From: Thermodesulfobacteriota bacterium
Lineage (GTDB): Bacteria; Desulfobacterota; Desulfobulbia; Desulfobulbales; SURF-16
Assembly: GCA_040755455.1 (NCBI GenBank)
Contig: JBFMAY010000029.1
Coordinates: 1 to 49,180, forward strand
Reading direction: 5' to 3'
DNA length: 49,180 nt
Position 1 is the first letter of the stretch, and every line of letters begins with the position of its first letter. The notes under the pieces are model-generated. The model was not told the origin of the DNA. It saw nothing but the letters and a program-made list of their open reading frames with translations, and did not search any database. This document shows positions 28,977 through 38,492 of the stretch, piece by piece. Position numbers and translations under genes: made by a program.

Positions 28977-30435
28977 TGTCTTTTATCCTTTTTTCGGCTA
29001 GCTGCGGATCCGCCGGGGCAGGCGATGCATTCCAGCCTCCGCCCAGGGCCTTATAGAGGCGGATCAGATTGGAGGTGACGGCGCCGGCGCTTTGGGCCAG
29101 CTGGTCCTCAAAGGAGAGCAGTGACCGCTGGGCATCCAGCACGGTGGTGAAATCAGCCAGGCCGGCATTGTACTGGATTGCGGCAAGGGCCTCGGCCTGG
29201 CGCGCGGCATCCGCTGCGGCAAGCAGCCGCTCCCGGCGTAGCTGCTCTTCGGCATAGGCGGTGAGGGTATTTTCCACCTCTTCCAGGGCGCCCAGCACCG
29301 CCGCTTCATAGGCCAGCAGATACTGCTCCTCCATGGCGGACTGCACCTCTATATTCTGACGGATGGCCCCTGCGTCGAAAATGTTCCAGGAAACCGAGGG
29401 GCCGATGTTCCAGGCCTCACTTGCGGATTTGAACAGCTCAGCCGACTTGAGGGATTCCAGGCCGATGGAGCCGGCCAGCCGGAACCTGGGATAGAGATCC
29501 GCGGTGGCCACCCCGACGCGGGCGGTCTGGGCCGCGAGGCTCCGTTCCGCCCGGCGGATATCCGGCCGCTGCCGCAGGGTCTCGGCCGGCACTCCCACCG
29601 CCACCCTGGGCGGAATAACCGGGATGGGTTGGGTTTGGGCCAGCAGTTCGTGTACCCCGCCGGGAGCCTGGCCGGTCAGCACGGCCAGCCTGTTCTTGGC
29701 CTCTTCCAGGCCGCTGCGCAGGACAGGGATCTGGGACTGGGTGCTTTCCAGATTATAGCGGGCCTGCTGCAGGGCAAGATCATCGCTTAGTCCCGCCTCA
29801 TAGCGTGACCGGGTCAGATCAAAGGTCTGCTGCTGGATGGCCAGGTTGCCATCGGCCACGGCCAGGCGGGACTGATAGGTGCGGGCATCCAGGTAATTGA
29901 GGGCCACCTCCGCGGTGAGCGTCACCAGCACGTCCCGCAGATCCTCCCGGCTTGCGGCAAGGTCAGCGTCGGCCGCTTCCACGCCGCGCCGCACACCGCC
30001 GAAGATATCCACCTCCCAGCCGGCATCAAAGCCCAATGAATAGAAGCTGCGCGTCGCGCCTCCACCGCTGTTTTCGCTGCCCTTGCTCCGGGTGGCTGAT
30101 CCACTGGCGTCCAGGGCGGGAAATTGTCCAGCCTGGCTGATGCCCCGGCGGGCGCGAGCCTCGCGTACCTTGGCCAAGGCCCGCTTCAGGTCGAGATTGT
30201 TGGCCACCGCCTGCTCGATCAGACCGGCAAGCAGCGGGTCGTCCAGGGTCGTCCACCAGCGGGCAAGCAGCTGAGGGTCCATGCTTTCCGCTGACAGCCC
30301 CTGCCCGAGTTCCGTGTGCCAGGCAACAGGGGAGTTGCTCTCCGGCGGGGCATAATCAGGCCCGACGGCGGCGCAGCCGGCCAGGCCGGCAAGGGCCGCT
30401 GCGGCAATAGCTATCAATAGATAATTTTTCTGCAT
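28969..30435 (-). CDS. Efflux outer-membrane factor (NodT/OprM-type lipoprotein)
   Basis: Start reassigned to MQKNYLL; lipobox LAGC-AAVGPDY; RPDIRRAE and LYKALGGGW. Confidence 0.9.
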   Translation of the reverse strand: MQKNYLLIAIAAAALAGLAGCAAVGPDYAPPESNSPVAWHTELGQGLSAESMDPQLLARWWTTLDDPLLAGLIEQAVANNLDLKRALAKVREARARRGISQAGQFPALDASGSATRSKGSENSGGGATRSFYSLGFDAGWEVDIFGGVRRGVEAADADLAASREDLRDVLVTLTAEVALNYLDARTYQSRLAVADGNLAIQQQTFDLTRSRYEAGLSDDLALQQARYNLESTQSQIPVLRSGLEEAKNRLAVLTGQAPGGVHELLAQTQPIPVIPPRVAVGVPAETLRQRPDIRRAERSLAAQTARVGVATADLYPRFRLAGSIGLESLKSAELFKSASEAWNIGPSVSWNIFDAGAIRQNIEVQSAMEEQYLLAYEAAVLGALEEVENTLTAYAEEQLRRERLLAAADAARQAEALAAIQYNAGLADFTTVLDAQRSLLSFEDQLAQSAGAVTSNLIRLYKALGGGWNASPAPADPQLAEKRIKDNE

Positions 30436-30564
30436 AGGCTGTTTCCGTGATGAACCGGGTAGGGGTTGGCCGTCTTCCGGCATGTTTGTTATTCGCAAAA
30501 TCGCGCGCCTGTTTCGTTGTTTTCGCCTGCGATGATGGGTTGGGGACTCCCCGCCGCATCGCTG

Positions 30565-30627
30565 GTAGGGGCCAAGCCCTTGTGGTTGCCCCGGTGATGG
30601 CTGCCAGGGGTACAAGGGCGCCCCTGC
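30565..30627. repeat. GTAG-type REP doublet (REPIN-like) between the two OMF genes
   Basis: GTAGGGGCcaagcccttgtggttGCCCC ... GGGGtacaagggcGCCCCTGC; a degenerate gtagggg also occurs at 30459. Confidence 0.6.
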
Positions 30628-30674
30628 AGCACGTCTCCAGCCCTTCATCCTCTTTTCGTGTCGTGCTGAGCTGG

Positions 30675-32171
30675 TCATCCGCCGGCTCCACCTCCCAGCA
30701 CTTTATACAAAGTCACCAGATTCTGCAGCCTGGTCAAACGGGTGGCGATCAACTCCTGCTGCGCGCTATACAATGAACGCTGGGAATCGAGCACGGTGAG
30801 GTAACTGTCAACTCCTTGTTCATAGCGCGCACGGGAGAGGCGGTAGCTGGCATCGGTGGCATCGGTGAGGGACTGCTGCGCCGCCAGCTGGGCATCGATG
30901 GTTCCTCGCCGGGCCAGGGCATCAGCCACTTCCCGGAAGGCGGTCTGGATCGTCTTCTCATACCGGGCAAGGGAGATATCACGATCCACCTCCGCCACCT
31001 GCAGTTTGGCCCGGTTGCTGCCGGCGTCGAAGATCGGCAGAGTGATCTGCGGCGCAAAATTCAAGGCCAGGGAGCCGTCCCGGAAGAGTCCGTCCAGTTC
31101 GGTGCTGGCGGTGCCCAGGGAGCCGGTCAGGGTAATGCGCGGGAAGAACGCGGCCCGGGCCGCGCCGATGTTGGCATTGAACCCTTTGAGCTGGTTCTCG
31201 GCCGCCTGGACATCGGGACGTGCAAGCAAAACCTCGGACGGTAGACCCGGAGCGATGTCCTGCACGGTAGTTGATGTTTCGTCAAGGGTCTGGGGGAGTA
31301 AATCGGCCGGAACCGGGGAACCGACCACGAGATGAAGGGCGTTTTCGTCCTGGGCCACCAGGGTGGTGTAGCGGGCGATATCCACCCGCGCCGCATCCAC
31401 CCTGGTCTGCGCCTGCCGCAAGTCCAGCTCGGAGGAAGCGCCAAGCTCAAAGCGGCGCTGGATCAGGCTGTAGCTGGCCTGCTGGGTGGCGAGGGTCTCC
31501 TGGGCCAGCTGCAGCCGCTCATAGTCGGCGGCCAGGGTCAGGTAGTTGGCCGCCACCTCGGCCACCAGGCTGATCTGCACGGCCCGCCGCGCCTGTTCGG
31601 TGGCGAGAAACTCCTCCAGGGCCTGGTTCTTCAGGCTGCGCACCCGGCCGAACAGGTCCAGTTCATAGGAGCTGACGCCGAGGCCGACACGGTACTCCTC
31701 GGGAGTCTCGGCATCGCCGGTGCGGGATAGGTCGCCGGGGACGCGCTGGCCGCTGCCGGCGGCGGTGGCGTCGACCTGCGGGAAGAGCGCGGCGCGGCTG
31801 ATCTGGTACTGAGCCCGTGACCGGTCGATGTTGAGGGCCGCGACGCGCAGGTCGCGATTGTTTTCCAGGGCCAGGGCGATCAGTTTTTGCAGTTGCGGGT
31901 CGAGAAAGAACTCCTGCCAGGCAATGTCGGCCGCGGCTTTGCCGGTGAGGGGAGTTCCCTCCTGATAGGCCGGGCCGGCCGGCCAGGCATCCGGCACGGG
32001 CGCTGCGGGCCGGGTGTAAAGCGGGGCCATGGTTGAGCAGCCGGCGGCCAGAAAGAGGGCGGCGAGGAGCACCGGGAAGTGCAAGCAACCTGCGCAACGC
32101 GCAGGGGCGACCCTCGTGGTCGCCCGCCTCCTGATCTTGAATGCGAGTCTACATAAGGACCGTGTCGTCAT
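30675..32171 (-). CDS. oprM: OprM-like efflux outer-membrane lipoprotein
   Basis: RBS AGGAGG upstream of ATG 32171; lipobox [34 protein letters not shown] and LYKVLGGG. Confidence 0.88.
   Translation of the reverse strand: MTTRSLCRLAFKIRRRATTRVAPARCAGCLHFPVLLAALFLAAGCSTMAPLYTRPAAPVPDAWPAGPAYQEGTPLTGKAAADIAWQEFFLDPQLQKLIALALENNRDLRVAALNIDRSRAQYQISRAALFPQVDATAAGSGQRVPGDLSRTGDAETPEEYRVGLGVSSYELDLFGRVRSLKNQALEEFLATEQARRAVQISLVAEVAANYLTLAADYERLQLAQETLATQQASYSLIQRRFELGASSELDLRQAQTRVDAARVDIARYTTLVAQDENALHLVVGSPVPADLLPQTLDETSTTVQDIAPGLPSEVLLARPDVQAAENQLKGFNANIGAARAAFFPRITLTGSLGTASTELDGLFRDGSLALNFAPQITLPIFDAGSNRAKLQVAEVDRDISLARYEKTIQTAFREVADALARRGTIDAQLAAQQSLTDATDASYRLSRARYEQGVDSYLTVLDSQRSLYSAQQELIATRLTRLQNLVTLYKVLGGGAGG
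32101..32125 (+). repeat. REP-like palindrome inside the OMF coding sequence
   Basis: GCAG-GGGCGACC-ctcgt-GGTCGCCC: perfect 8-bp stem, similar to the 30565 element. Confidence 0.65.
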
Positions 32172-32172
32172 T

Positions 32173-35100
32173 TCAATGCACCTCCTGGGTCGTGGTGCTG
32201 GCAGCAGGCGCAGGATGCCGTTTTCTGCTGAAAAGGCGGGAAACCAGCACAAAGAAAAACGGAATAAAGAGCAGGTCGATAAAGGTGGCCGACAGCAGTC
32301 CGCCGGTGACGGCGGTGCCGATGGCGTTCTGGGCTGCTGCTCCAGCTCCCTTTGTCAGGGCCAGGGGCAGGGTGCCGAAGAAGAAGGCCAGGGAGGTCAT
32401 GATGACCGGCCGCAGCCTGATCTTCACCGCCGCAAGCGTCGCTTCGACCAGGTCATGGCCCTGGTGCAACTGTTCCTTGATGAACTGGATGATCAGGATG
32501 GCGTTCTTGGTGGAGAGCCCCACGGTGGTCAGCAGACCGATCTGCAGATAGACGTCGTTGGGCAGCACCCGCAGTGTCACTGCGGTAACCGCCCCCACCA
32601 GGCCAAGCGGCAGCATGAGCAGATTGACAAAGGGAATGGTCCAGCTCTCGTAGAGTGCCGCCACGCTGAGAAATACCACCAGCAGCGAGATGGCGTAGAG
32701 GGCCGGGGCCTGTTTCCCCGCCTGTTTCTCCTCATAGGAGAGGCCGGTCCACTCATAACCGAATCCAAGGGGCAGCTGGGCGGCCATCTTTTCCATTTCA
32801 GCCATCGCCTCGCCGGTGCTCACCCCCGGCGCGGCCTGGCCCATGATTTCCACCGAGGGAATACCGTTATAGCGCTCCAGCCGGGGGGAACCATACTGCC
32901 AGTGGGCCTGCGCAAAGGCGGAAAACGGCACCATCTGTCTGTTTTTGTTGCTGACATACCACATGTTGATATCCTCAGGCAGCATCCGGTATTTGGCATC
33001 TGCCTGCAGATAGACCTTCTTGACCCGGCCGTTCTGGATGAAATCGTTGACATAGGTGCTGCCCCAGGCGGTGGAGAGCACATTGTTGATGTCAGCCAGG
33101 GTGATGCCGAAAGCCCCGGCCCGCACATCGTCGATATCGAGCTTGAACTGGGGGGAATCATCCTGGCCGTTCGGCCGCACGGCGACCAGTTTGGGGTTTT
33201 TCATGGCCATGCCCAGCAGCTGGTTGCGGGCCTCCATCAGCTTTGCATGGCCCAGGCCGCCACGGTCCTGCAACTGGAAGTCAAAACCATTGGCCTGACC
33301 CAGTTCTATCACCGCCGGCGGGGAGAAGGCAAAGGCCAGACCATCGCGTATCTGTGAGAACGCCTTCATGGCCCGGCCTGCCACGGCCGGGGCCTTGAGG
33401 TCAGCGGACTTGCGCAGTTTCCAGTCCTTGAGCTTCACAAACGCCAGGCCCATGTTCTGGCCGCGGCCGGCAAAGGAAAAGCCGGCGACCGTGATGATCG
33501 CCTCCACCGCCTTCGTTTCCTTTTCCAGAAAATGATGCTCGATCTGCCGGATCACCTGAATGGTCCGCTCCTGGGTGGCGCCGGCCGGCAGCTGGATCTG
33601 GCAGATAATGAAGCCCTGGTCCTCATCCGGCAGGAAGGCGGTGGGCAGGCGCAGGAAAAAGAAGGCCATGGCGGCGACAATGGCGGTGTAGACCACCAGA
33701 TAGCGCACCGGTTTGCCGAAAGAACGGCCGACGATTCGTTCATACAGCTCTCTGGCCCGGTCAAACAATTTGTTGAACCAGCGGAAAAAAGGGCAATACC
33801 AGCCGCTCTCGCATGCCTCATGTCCCTTTTCCACGGGTTTGAGCAGGGTGGCGCACAGGGCGGGAGTCAGGATCATCGCCACCAGCACCGACAGGATCAT
33901 GGCGGAGATGATGGTGATGGAAAACTGGCGGTAGATAACGCCGGTGGAGCCGCCGAAGAAGGCCATGGGCAGGAAGACCGCGGTCAGCACGGTGGCGATG
34001 CCCCACAGGGCGCTGGTGATCTGTCCCATGGATTTGATGGTGGCGTCATGGGGGGACAGACCATCCTCGCTCATGATGCGCTCCACGTTTTCGACCACGA
34101 CGATGGCGTCGTCCACCAGCAGACCGATGACAATGACCAGGGCGAACATGGTGAGCGTATTGATGGAAAAACCGGCGGCCGCCAGTACGCCCATGGTGCC
34201 CAGCAGCACCACCGGCACGGCGATGGTCGGGATCAGGGTGGCCCGGAAGTTCTGCAGGAAGAGGAACATGATGATAAAGACCAGGCAGACCGCCTCGATC
34301 AGGGTATAGACGACCTCTTCGATGGAGATCTTGACAAAGGGAGTGGTGTCGTAGGGGTAAACCACCTTCATGCCTGGGGGAAAATATTTCGACAACTCCG
34401 CCATCTTGGCCTTGACCCGGTCACCCGTGTCCAGGGCATTGGCGCCGGCGGCCAGCCGGATTGCCATGCCGCCCACCGGCTGTCCCTTGTAGAAGGACTG
34501 CATTTCGTAGTTTTCAGTGCCGATTCTGCTTTCGGCCACATCCTTCAGCCTCACCGTGGAGCCGTCGCTGTTGGTCCGCAGGATGATGGCATCGAACTGC
34601 TCCGGGGTCTGGAGCAGGCTGCGGGCCGTGATGGTGGCATTGAGCTGCTGTCCCGGGGCCGCCGGGGTGCCGCCGAACTGGCCGGCCGAGATCTGGGCAT
34701 TCTGGGCCTGCAACGCCGCGATCACATCGCTGGTGGTCAGATGAAAGTTGTTCAGCTTGGCAGGGTTCAGCCAGACGCGCATGGCGTTCTGGAAGCCGAA
34801 GAGCTGCAGTTCACCCACCCCTTCCACCCGGCTGATGATGTCCTGGAGGTTGGAAACCATGTAATCGGTCAGGGCGTTGCGGTCCATGGAGCCGTCTTCC
34901 GACACGAGCCCGATGATGAGCAGGAAGTTCCTTGTGGACTTGACCACCGAGATGCCCTGCCTCTGCACGAGCTGCGGCAGCAGCGGGGTGGCAAGCTGCA
35001 GCTTGTTCTGCACCTGCACCTGGGCGATGTTCGGGTCGGTGCCGGCCGCAAACGTCAGGTTGATGGCCACGGCGCCGGAAGAGTCGCTGGAGGAGGACAT

Positions 35101-35331
35101 GTAAATCAGGTTATCGATGCCGTTCAGCTTCTGTTCGATGATCTGGGTGACGGTATCCTGCACCGTCTGGGCCGAGGCGCCTGGATACATGGCGTTGATG
35201 GTGATCTGCGGCGGGGCGATCGGCGGATACTGGGAGACCGGCAGGGTCTTGATGGCCAGCAGACCGGCCAGCATGACCATGATGGCGATTACCCAGGCAA
35301 AGATGGGGCGATTAATGAAAAAACGGGGCAT
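32173..35331 (-). CDS. acrB: HAE1 RND multidrug efflux permease (AcrB/MexB-like)
   Basis: [17 protein letters not shown]; proton-relay motifs [22 protein letters not shown] and RLRPVIMTS intact; 1052 aa. Confidence 0.93.
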   Translation of the reverse strand: MPRFFINRPIFAWVIAIMVMLAGLLAIKTLPVSQYPPIAPPQITINAMYPGASAQTVQDTVTQIIEQKLNGIDNLIYMSSSSDSSGAVAINLTFAAGTDPNIAQVQVQNKLQLATPLLPQLVQRQGISVVKSTRNFLLIIGLVSEDGSMDRNALTDYMVSNLQDIISRVEGVGELQLFGFQNAMRVWLNPAKLNNFHLTTSDVIAALQAQNAQISAGQFGGTPAAPGQQLNATITARSLLQTPEQFDAIILRTNSDGSTVRLKDVAESRIGTENYEMQSFYKGQPVGGMAIRLAAGANALDTGDRVKAKMAELSKYFPPGMKVVYPYDTTPFVKISIEEVVYTLIEAVCLVFIIMFLFLQNFRATLIPTIAVPVVLLGTMGVLAAAGFSINTLTMFALVIVIGLLVDDAIVVVENVERIMSEDGLSPHDATIKSMGQITSALWGIATVLTAVFLPMAFFGGSTGVIYRQFSITIISAMILSVLVAMILTPALCATLLKPVEKGHEACESGWYCPFFRWFNKLFDRARELYERIVGRSFGKPVRYLVVYTAIVAAMAFFFLRLPTAFLPDEDQGFIICQIQLPAGATQERTIQVIRQIEHHFLEKETKAVEAIITVAGFSFAGRGQNMGLAFVKLKDWKLRKSADLKAPAVAGRAMKAFSQIRDGLAFAFSPPAVIELGQANGFDFQLQDRGGLGHAKLMEARNQLLGMAMKNPKLVAVRPNGQDDSPQFKLDIDDVRAGAFGITLADINNVLSTAWGSTYVNDFIQNGRVKKVYLQADAKYRMLPEDINMWYVSNKNRQMVPFSAFAQAHWQYGSPRLERYNGIPSVEIMGQAAPGVSTGEAMAEMEKMAAQLPLGFGYEWTGLSYEEKQAGKQAPALYAISLLVVFLSVAALYESWTIPFVNLLMLPLGLVGAVTAVTLRVLPNDVYLQIGLLTTVGLSTKNAILIIQFIKEQLHQGHDLVEATLAAVKIRLRPVIMTSLAFFFGTLPLALTKGAGAAAQNAIGTAVTGGLLSATFIDLLFIPFFFVLVSRLFSRKRHPAPAASTTTQEVH

Positions 35332-35359
35332 GAAAAGTCTCCTTCAGGAGCGTACGGAA

Positions 35360-35500
35360 GCTGTTTATTTAGCTGTTTAGTCTATTAGTCTGAAGATGTT
35401 TAGGTGTTTAGTCATTAGTCTGTAGTTTTCAGGGTAAAGCTGTTTGGTTTTTTCCAGCCCGCAGAGGTGTAAAGCTAAACTCCTACAGACCAAACCTCTA
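35360..35500. repeat. Degenerate 7-8 bp short-repeat tract with complementary arms
   Basis: tgtttag/ttagtc units (35361-35425) facing ctaaac/tacagac/caaacc units (35475-35500). Confidence 0.55.
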
Positions 35501-35505
35501 TCCAC

Positions 35506-36702
35506 CTATTTCGCCGGCTGCTGGGCCGCCGCGGCATCCGCCGCCGGCTTGCTGCCGAAGGGCACCACCTTGACCTGCGTGCCGGGACGGGCCTTCTGGA
35601 TTCCTTCCAGGATGACCCGGTCGCCTGCCTGCAGGCCTTCGCTGACCAGCCAGCTGTCGCCGACGGTCCGGGCCACCTTGATGACCCGTGGTTCCACCTT
35701 ATCTTCGGCCCCAACCACCATGACCATGGCGTTGCCGGCCGGGTTGCGGGTGACCCCCCGCTGCGGCACGAGAATGGCCTGCTCGTTCATTCCTTCGGTC
35801 ACAATGGCGCGGACGAACATACCCGGAAGCAGCAGCTGCTGCGGATTGGGGAAGATGGCGCGCAGGATGACGGAGCCGGTGCTCTGGTCAACGGTGACCT
35901 CGGAGAATTTCAGCACCCCGTCCAAGGGATAGGGGGTGCCGTCCTCCAGCAGCAGCTTGACCCTGGTCTGGGCCTCGCCGCTGTCCCGCAGCAGGCCGCT
36001 GGCCAGGTTCCGTTTCATGCGCAGCAGTTCGGCGGTGGACTGGGTGACATCCACGTACATGGTATCGAGCTGCTGGATGGTGGCGAGCGGCGCGGCCTGG
36101 TCGGCGGTGACCAGCGCGCCGGTGGTGACCGAGGAGCGGCCGATGCGGCCGGAAATCGGCGCCTTGACGCCGGTGTAATCGAGGTTGATGCGGGCGGTCT
36201 CCAGGGCCGCCCGGGCCGCTGCAATCTCCGCCTCGGCCTGCTTGAGCGCCGCCTGGGCATCATCATAATCCTGCCGGCTGACCGCATTGATTTTTACCAG
36301 CTCCCCATACCGTTCGGCCTTGAGCTTGACCGGCTCGATATTGGCTTCAGCCCTGGCCAGGTCGGCCTTGGCGCTGGCGAACGCGGCCCGGTAGAGGGCG
36401 GGGTCGATCTGGTAGAGCAGCTGTCCGGCCTGCACATCGGAGCCCTCGGTGAACAGGCGCTGCTGGACGATGCCGCCCACCTGCGGCCGCACTTCGGCAA
36501 TCAGGCGCGGCGCGGTGCGGCCGGACAGCTCCGTGGTCAAGGTTACGGGTGCGGGGGTCACGGCCACCACCCCCACCTCGGGCGGGGCTGCGGCAGAGGG
36601 CGGCGCGTTGGCGGCGGATTGTTGTCCGCAGCCGGTCATGGTGAACAGGCCGGCCAGAACGCCCGTCAGGACGATCAGTTTGATTTTGTCAGGTATTTTC
36701 AT
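35506..36702 (-). CDS. acrA: AcrA/MexA-like periplasmic adaptor lipoprotein
   Basis: Lipobox MTGC; AEVRPQVGGI, LYQIDPA, APISGRIGRS, VDQSTGSV and LLPGMFVRA. Confidence 0.92.
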   Translation of the reverse strand: MKIPDKIKLIVLTGVLAGLFTMTGCGQQSAANAPPSAAAPPEVGVVAVTPAPVTLTTELSGRTAPRLIAEVRPQVGGIVQQRLFTEGSDVQAGQLLYQIDPALYRAAFASAKADLARAEANIEPVKLKAERYGELVKINAVSRQDYDDAQAALKQAEAEIAAARAALETARINLDYTGVKAPISGRIGRSSVTTGALVTADQAAPLATIQQLDTMYVDVTQSTAELLRMKRNLASGLLRDSGEAQTRVKLLLEDGTPYPLDGVLKFSEVTVDQSTGSVILRAIFPNPQQLLLPGMFVRAIVTEGMNEQAILVPQRGVTRNPAGNAMVMVVGAEDKVEPRVIKVARTVGDSWLVSEGLQAGDRVILEGIQKARPGTQVKVVPFGSKPAADAAAAQQPAK

Positions 36703-36744
36703 GAATTGTATGCCTCAAATAAGATGATCCCAAAAAACGATGCC

Positions 36745-36787
36745 AGTATAGCTTTCCGCGGCAGGGCCTACCATTAAGAATTGTAAA
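36745..36787 (-). promoter_or_regulatory. RND operon promoter with a degenerate CpxR-type box
   Basis: ATTAA-gaatt-GTAAA (36773-36787) and minus-strand TATACT (36750-36745); same spacing as at cpxR. Confidence 0.55.
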
Positions 36788-36829
36788 TCCCGGCCTGTTC
36801 CCTGTGTCATCAGGTTCTTTCTTGCACGA

Positions 36830-37471
36830 TCAGTGGGAAGGGAGCCCCATCAACAGCTGCGTCTGCCGCACGATAAGATCTTCCATGTTCTGCAGATAGT
36901 CGGCGCTGTAACGCTCTTCATTCAGCGAATTCAGGACGTAATCCATATTGTCCGCATGGAAAAAAATCGGGGTATGCATGATCAGGATGCGGAGAAACGC
37001 CTCCTGGCGACTGATGGCAGGACTTATGCGCTGAAACAGGGCCGTTATGGCGGCATGCGAGGGGGTAATGATTTCCGATTGAAAGATCTCCTGCAACGGA
37101 CTCTTGTTCTGCATAACCTGGAAAATGACCCGGCAATGCCAGCGGGGCGCTGCCCGGCCGAAAAGCAGGGTGATAGAGCGGTGGACAATGGCGCGGATGG
37201 CCCGGGCCTGCCCCTCTGGCTCAGTGGTGTCATGCTGGCTGATCAGCTCATTGACCGGGTTGGCCTTCCACTCCTGCACCACCGTCCGCACCACGGCCTC
37301 AAAAAGTTTTTCCTTGCTGCCGAAGTGATAGTGGATGCTGCCGGCATTTTCGCCCGCCCGCAGGGCAATGGCCCGGGTGGACACGGAGGCGAATCCCTTT
37401 TCCGCCGCCAGCTCGCCAGCGGCATTAATCAACGCTTCTTTGGTTTTTACACTCGTTTCATATGTTGCCAT
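36830..37471 (-). CDS. TetR/AcrR-family regulator (CecR/CerR-like C-terminal domain)
   Basis: HTH: LINAAGELAAEKGFASVSTRAIA...IHYHFGSKEKLF; located directly upstream of the efflux genes. Confidence 0.9.
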   Translation of the reverse strand: MATYETSVKTKEALINAAGELAAEKGFASVSTRAIALRAGENAGSIHYHFGSKEKLFEAVVRTVVQEWKANPVNELISQHDTTEPEGQARAIRAIVHRSITLLFGRAAPRWHCRVIFQVMQNKSPLQEIFQSEIITPSHAAITALFQRISPAISRQEAFLRILIMHTPIFFHADNMDYVLNSLNEERYSADYLQNMEDLIVRQTQLLMGLPSH

Positions 37472-37509
37472 GGTATCGAAACCCGGAGGTTAATATTGAT
37501 CATGCGGCT

Positions 37510-37549
37510 TAATTTATCCGCTTGATCAAATTAAGTCAAGCGGATAAAT
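37510..37549 (-). promoter_or_regulatory. TetR operator (perfect 14-bp inverted repeat) overlapping a sigma70 promoter
   Basis: atttatccgcttga-N10-tcaagcggataaat; minus strand TTGACT-N17-TAAATT lies inside it. Confidence 0.8.
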
Positions 37550-37827
37550 ATTTTTTCACGATCTTTCGTGCCCCGGCGACCACCTTAATTGATTCCGGAT
37601 ATAACCAGCTGAAGATACAGCCTGGAGCGCCCATCACGGCTGCCCCGCCTGCGGTTGCTTCTGCACCCGCAACCTGTATTGCTATCGCATTGTCATTTTC
37701 ATGGATTGCCGGTAAAATGGCAGCTGAAATTTTCATCAGCACGGAAACTCTTTTGCCGCCTGTGCGTTTATGCCAATAGTGGAGAAGGGTGGAAGGTATG
37801 AAAAGAAGCAGAAATGATGAGGATGCC

Positions 37828-38475
37828 ATGCAGAAAACAACGAGCCACGTTCGCACAAAAATCACAACATTCATCCTGGGTGTTTTCCTTGTTTCCCTCA
37901 CTGCCGCGGGAGACGCAGCTGCGGATTCCTGGCGGGGGCGGGGACGTCATATGGGGCCTCCCCACCGTCATGGCCACGTGGTTGCCAAACTGCCGCACGG
38001 TTATCACAAGTATCGGCTGGATAGATCATATTACTATGTCTATGACGGTATTTTCTACCGGCCGGCCTCAAGGGGCTATGTGGTGGTTTCGGCGCCGTTC
38101 GGGGCCATTGTCGCCAGTCTGCCCCTCGGCCATTCACGGGTATCGATAGGCGGGGCGCTCTACTTTACCTTTGGCGGTGATTATTACCGGGAGGTTCCAC
38201 AGGGATATATGGTGGTCGCCCCGCCGCCTGAAGTTGTGGTCCAGCCTCCCCCCCGGCCGCAGATCTACGGCAGCGTGTATGTGAACGCCAGCAGGCTGAA
38301 TGTGCGCTCCGGGCCGGGAGGTGAGCATCCCGTGGTTTTCCAGCTGCAGCGGGGTACGATTCTTAATGTGTACGGCGATGCGCCGGGATGGTATTATGTG
38401 CAGCTGCCCAACGGCCAATTCGGCTGGGTCATGGAGCAGTTTACCACCATACTCGGTCCTCCGGCGGAAGGTTAA
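37828..38475 (+). CDS. Exported Tyr/Gly/Pro-rich protein with C-terminal bacterial SH3 domain
   Basis: Signal peptide; two YYxxGxYY...GYxVV.PP units; LNVRSGPG...GWYYV...GWV. Alternative start at 37789. Confidence 0.8.
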   Translation: MQKTTSHVRTKITTFILGVFLVSLTAAGDAAADSWRGRGRHMGPPHRHGHVVAKLPHGYHKYRLDRSYYYVYDGIFYRPASRGYVVVSAPFGAIVASLPLGHSRVSIGGALYFTFGGDYYREVPQGYMVVAPPPEVVVQPPPRPQIYGSVYVNASRLNVRSGPGGEHPVVFQLQRGTILNVYGDAPGWYYVQLPNGQFGWVMEQFTTILGPPAEG

Positions 38476-38492
38476 ATTTCCTCCGGCGGAAT

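Noticed and set aside
30436..30678. 81-aa N-terminal extension of the OMF ORF (likewise extensions at 12704-12802, 18890-19123, 23419-23523, 32172-32252, 42082-42201)
   Set aside because: Signal peptides, domain boundaries or RBS positions point to downstream starts; the extensions cover intergenic or REP DNA or overlap other genes.
33532..35388. Long plus-strand ORFs (618 aa here; also 32029-33357, 1420-2427, 3345-4364, 10934-11962, 27867-28934, 42894-43949, 45012-46079)
   Set aside because: They are antisense shadows of well-supported minus-strand genes in GC-rich DNA and show no recognisable motifs.
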